A DNA stretch of 64,000 bases from Psammoneis japonica (lineage: Eukaryota). The stretch is from positions 434,001 through 498,000 of the forward strand of contig QPGO01000025.1 in the NCBI GenBank assembly GCA_008632985.1, given 5' to 3'. Below are positions 61,940 to 64,000 of the stretch, piece by piece. Position 1 is the stretch's first letter; the number at the start of each line of letters is the position of its first letter. The notes beneath the pieces were generated by a model. That model made no database searches and was not told the origin of the DNA. It worked only from the letters and a program-made list of their open reading frames with translations. The translations under genes were made by a program, and so were the position numbers.

Positions 61940-64000
61940 ATGCGGTCCTTCACAAAGAGATTAGTCGCATGCTTGGCACTGCTATCGTTGAGCTCTTTAG
62001 CGGACGCCGCTGCCCCCAAGCAGAACAAGAACGCGGGTGGCAATGCGTTGAGCCGAAAGGAGCGCCAGGCTGAGGCCAAGCAAATGCGCGAAAAGTACAT
62101 TCAGATGCGTCAGAAGGGTGTCGACGAGGTTAGCAACACGAAAGAAGCAGCAGAGCTGAGAGACTACCGTCTCCGTCAGAAGAAACGCAAGGGTCTTATT
62201 CGCAAACGCGATGTCAGTCTGGCGTCTGTGCTCTTTCCTGGTGTGTCTGCTGTAGAGTATCCCGACAATGAGGAAGTCATGGTGGTGGCGGACTTGGTGG
62301 AGTCTAGAAAGACCCAAGTTCCCTATGAATTTTATGATCTTCCGACATGCGATATGCCAAAGCTTACTCCCGCCCGAAAGAAACTTCTTCATCGCAAGAA
62401 CCTCGGAGCTCGTCTTCAGGGACACGATCTCAAACCAGCTCCTTTCGTGCTCAACGTCAAGCAAAGCCATGGCTGCAGACCTCTCTGTGAAATTACTCTA
62501 AGCAAGAAAGACCTGTCTTGGATGAGAAAATTGGTCGAACGCCAGTACCGTGTGCAACTTAATTTGGATCAGCTTCCCGTTCTGATGCGAAGCAAAGAGC
62601 TCAACTACGCGGCTCGTGGCTACCCGGTTGGGTTTAAGGCTCCACCCTCGCTTACCGGACTTAAGACAAGCGAGATCTACCTTTATAATCACCTCAAGTT
62701 CACTGTTACCTACCGCGAAGACGCTTCCGAGTTTGATGGTGTTCGAATCACAGGCTTTGACGTTCATCCCGTTTCAGTGGAGCACCCCAAGCAAGGAGGC
62801 AAACTTGCCTGCAGCGCTGAATCTGATATCGTAAACGTTGCCAATTCCTACCTTGCACTTCGTGCTGGAAAGGAGGGTGACGCTATCAACGTTTTATACA
62901 CTTACGAAGTCAAGTGGGAACCAAGCGACCTTCCCTGGTCTGACCGTTGGGATGTCTACCTGATTGGAGGCCCTGATGACGATAGTAAGTTTTCCTGTGG
63001 TATCTATAAAACCGTGTTCCCCACGTCTTCGCATACTCACGATAAATGCCTGCTTGCTCTTATTCTCCTTGCAGTTCACTACTTTGCCATCGTCAATTCG
63101 CTCATGATTGTGCTCTTTTTGACCGGAGCGATTGCCACGATTATGATTCGCACCCTCCGCAAGGACATTGCTGGATACAATGAAATGCAGACCCTCGAAG
63201 AAGCGCAGGATGAAACTGGATGGAAGCTCGTTCATGGGGATGTGTTTCGGCCTCCTCAGACCAGTCCCATGCTGTTGAGCGTTGCTGTAGGCACTGGCAC
63301 TCAGATTGGTGTTGCTTCTTCCTTGCCATGATGTGCGCTATTTTGGGACTCCTCAACCCAATGAAGAAGGGTCAAACTCTGACTGCTATTCTCATGCTGT
63401 ACGTCTTTAGTGGTGGTGTCGCCGGATACGTTTCTGCTCGGCTCTACAAATTCTGCGAAGCGACGGCATGGAAAAGAAACGCCATTATGACAGCCGCGGC
63501 GTTGCCTGCAATTTTGGTGGCAATGTTTTCGGTCTTGAATGTGTTTTTGTCATTTGTGGGCGCTGCAACTGCAGTCTCCTTTTTGACTATTCTGGCTCTC
63601 TTTTCCCTCTGGGTGTGCGTGGCAACCCCGCTGGTTTTTGTTGGCAGCTACTTTGGACTACGTGCCAAGAGCATTGAGACGCCCACAAAGACAAACCAGA
63701 TCGCCCGTGTCGTCCCACCGTTGCCCTGGCACGTCCATCCCTTAGTCACTGCCCTGTGTGGTGGTATCCTTCCTTTCGGCTCTGTCTGCATCGAATTGGC
63801 TTTCATTATGAGTGCGCTTTGGTTGCATCAGATTTACTACGTGATGGGCTTCTTATTGGCCGTCCTTCTCATTTTGACTGCTACCTGCGCACAAGTATCG
63901 GTGGTGATGTGTTACCTTAATCTCTGCGCTGAGGATCATCGGTGGTGGTGGAAGTCGTTCTTTAATACGGCTTCGGCTGGCTTTTACATGTTCCTCTACT
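61940..64000 (+). CDS. Nonaspanin TM9SF/EMP70 family protein, truncated by the window end; intron at about 62984-63073; frameshift at about 63320
   Basis: Signal peptide; KTQVPYEFYDLP; YLYNHLKF; WSDRWDVYL; HYFAIVNSLMIVLFL; DETGWKLVHGDVFRPP; GGILPFG; EDHRWWWKSF. Confidence 0.93.

Overview
Eukaryotic nuclear DNA, very probably from a diatom: compact genes, short GT-AG introns of about 75-110 nt, a DUF6824-type protein and a diatom-style type II LRR protein. About 19 protein-coding genes are present. Many carry isolated 1-nt frameshifts, often in homopolymers, that look like long-read assembly errors. Two things stand out. (1) A head-to-head pair of globin genes (3722-8402). One encodes 3 SAM-like repeats + at least 3 globin folds + an FNR-type FAD/NAD reductase; the other encodes 1 SAM-like domain + 2 tandem TyrB10/GlnE7 globins with no reductase. 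This suggests a SAM-assembled globin/reductase complex. (2) Hypermutated islands (about 43950-54800, 1520-2710 and 32760-33930) depleted in both CpG and TpA, where surviving TA is almost only in YTAR context. The large island holds a recognisable relic of a housekeeping gene (WDR6/Trm734-like), pointing to a RIP-like process that hits duplicated DNA with C>T and A>G changes. Also present: a young MITE inserted in one island, an LRR gene built from symmetric one-repeat 72-nt exons, a WW domain inserted in a Sen1-like helicase, and an alcohol dehydrogenase lacking the structural Zn site. All family assignments come from motif recognition by eye; no searches were run.
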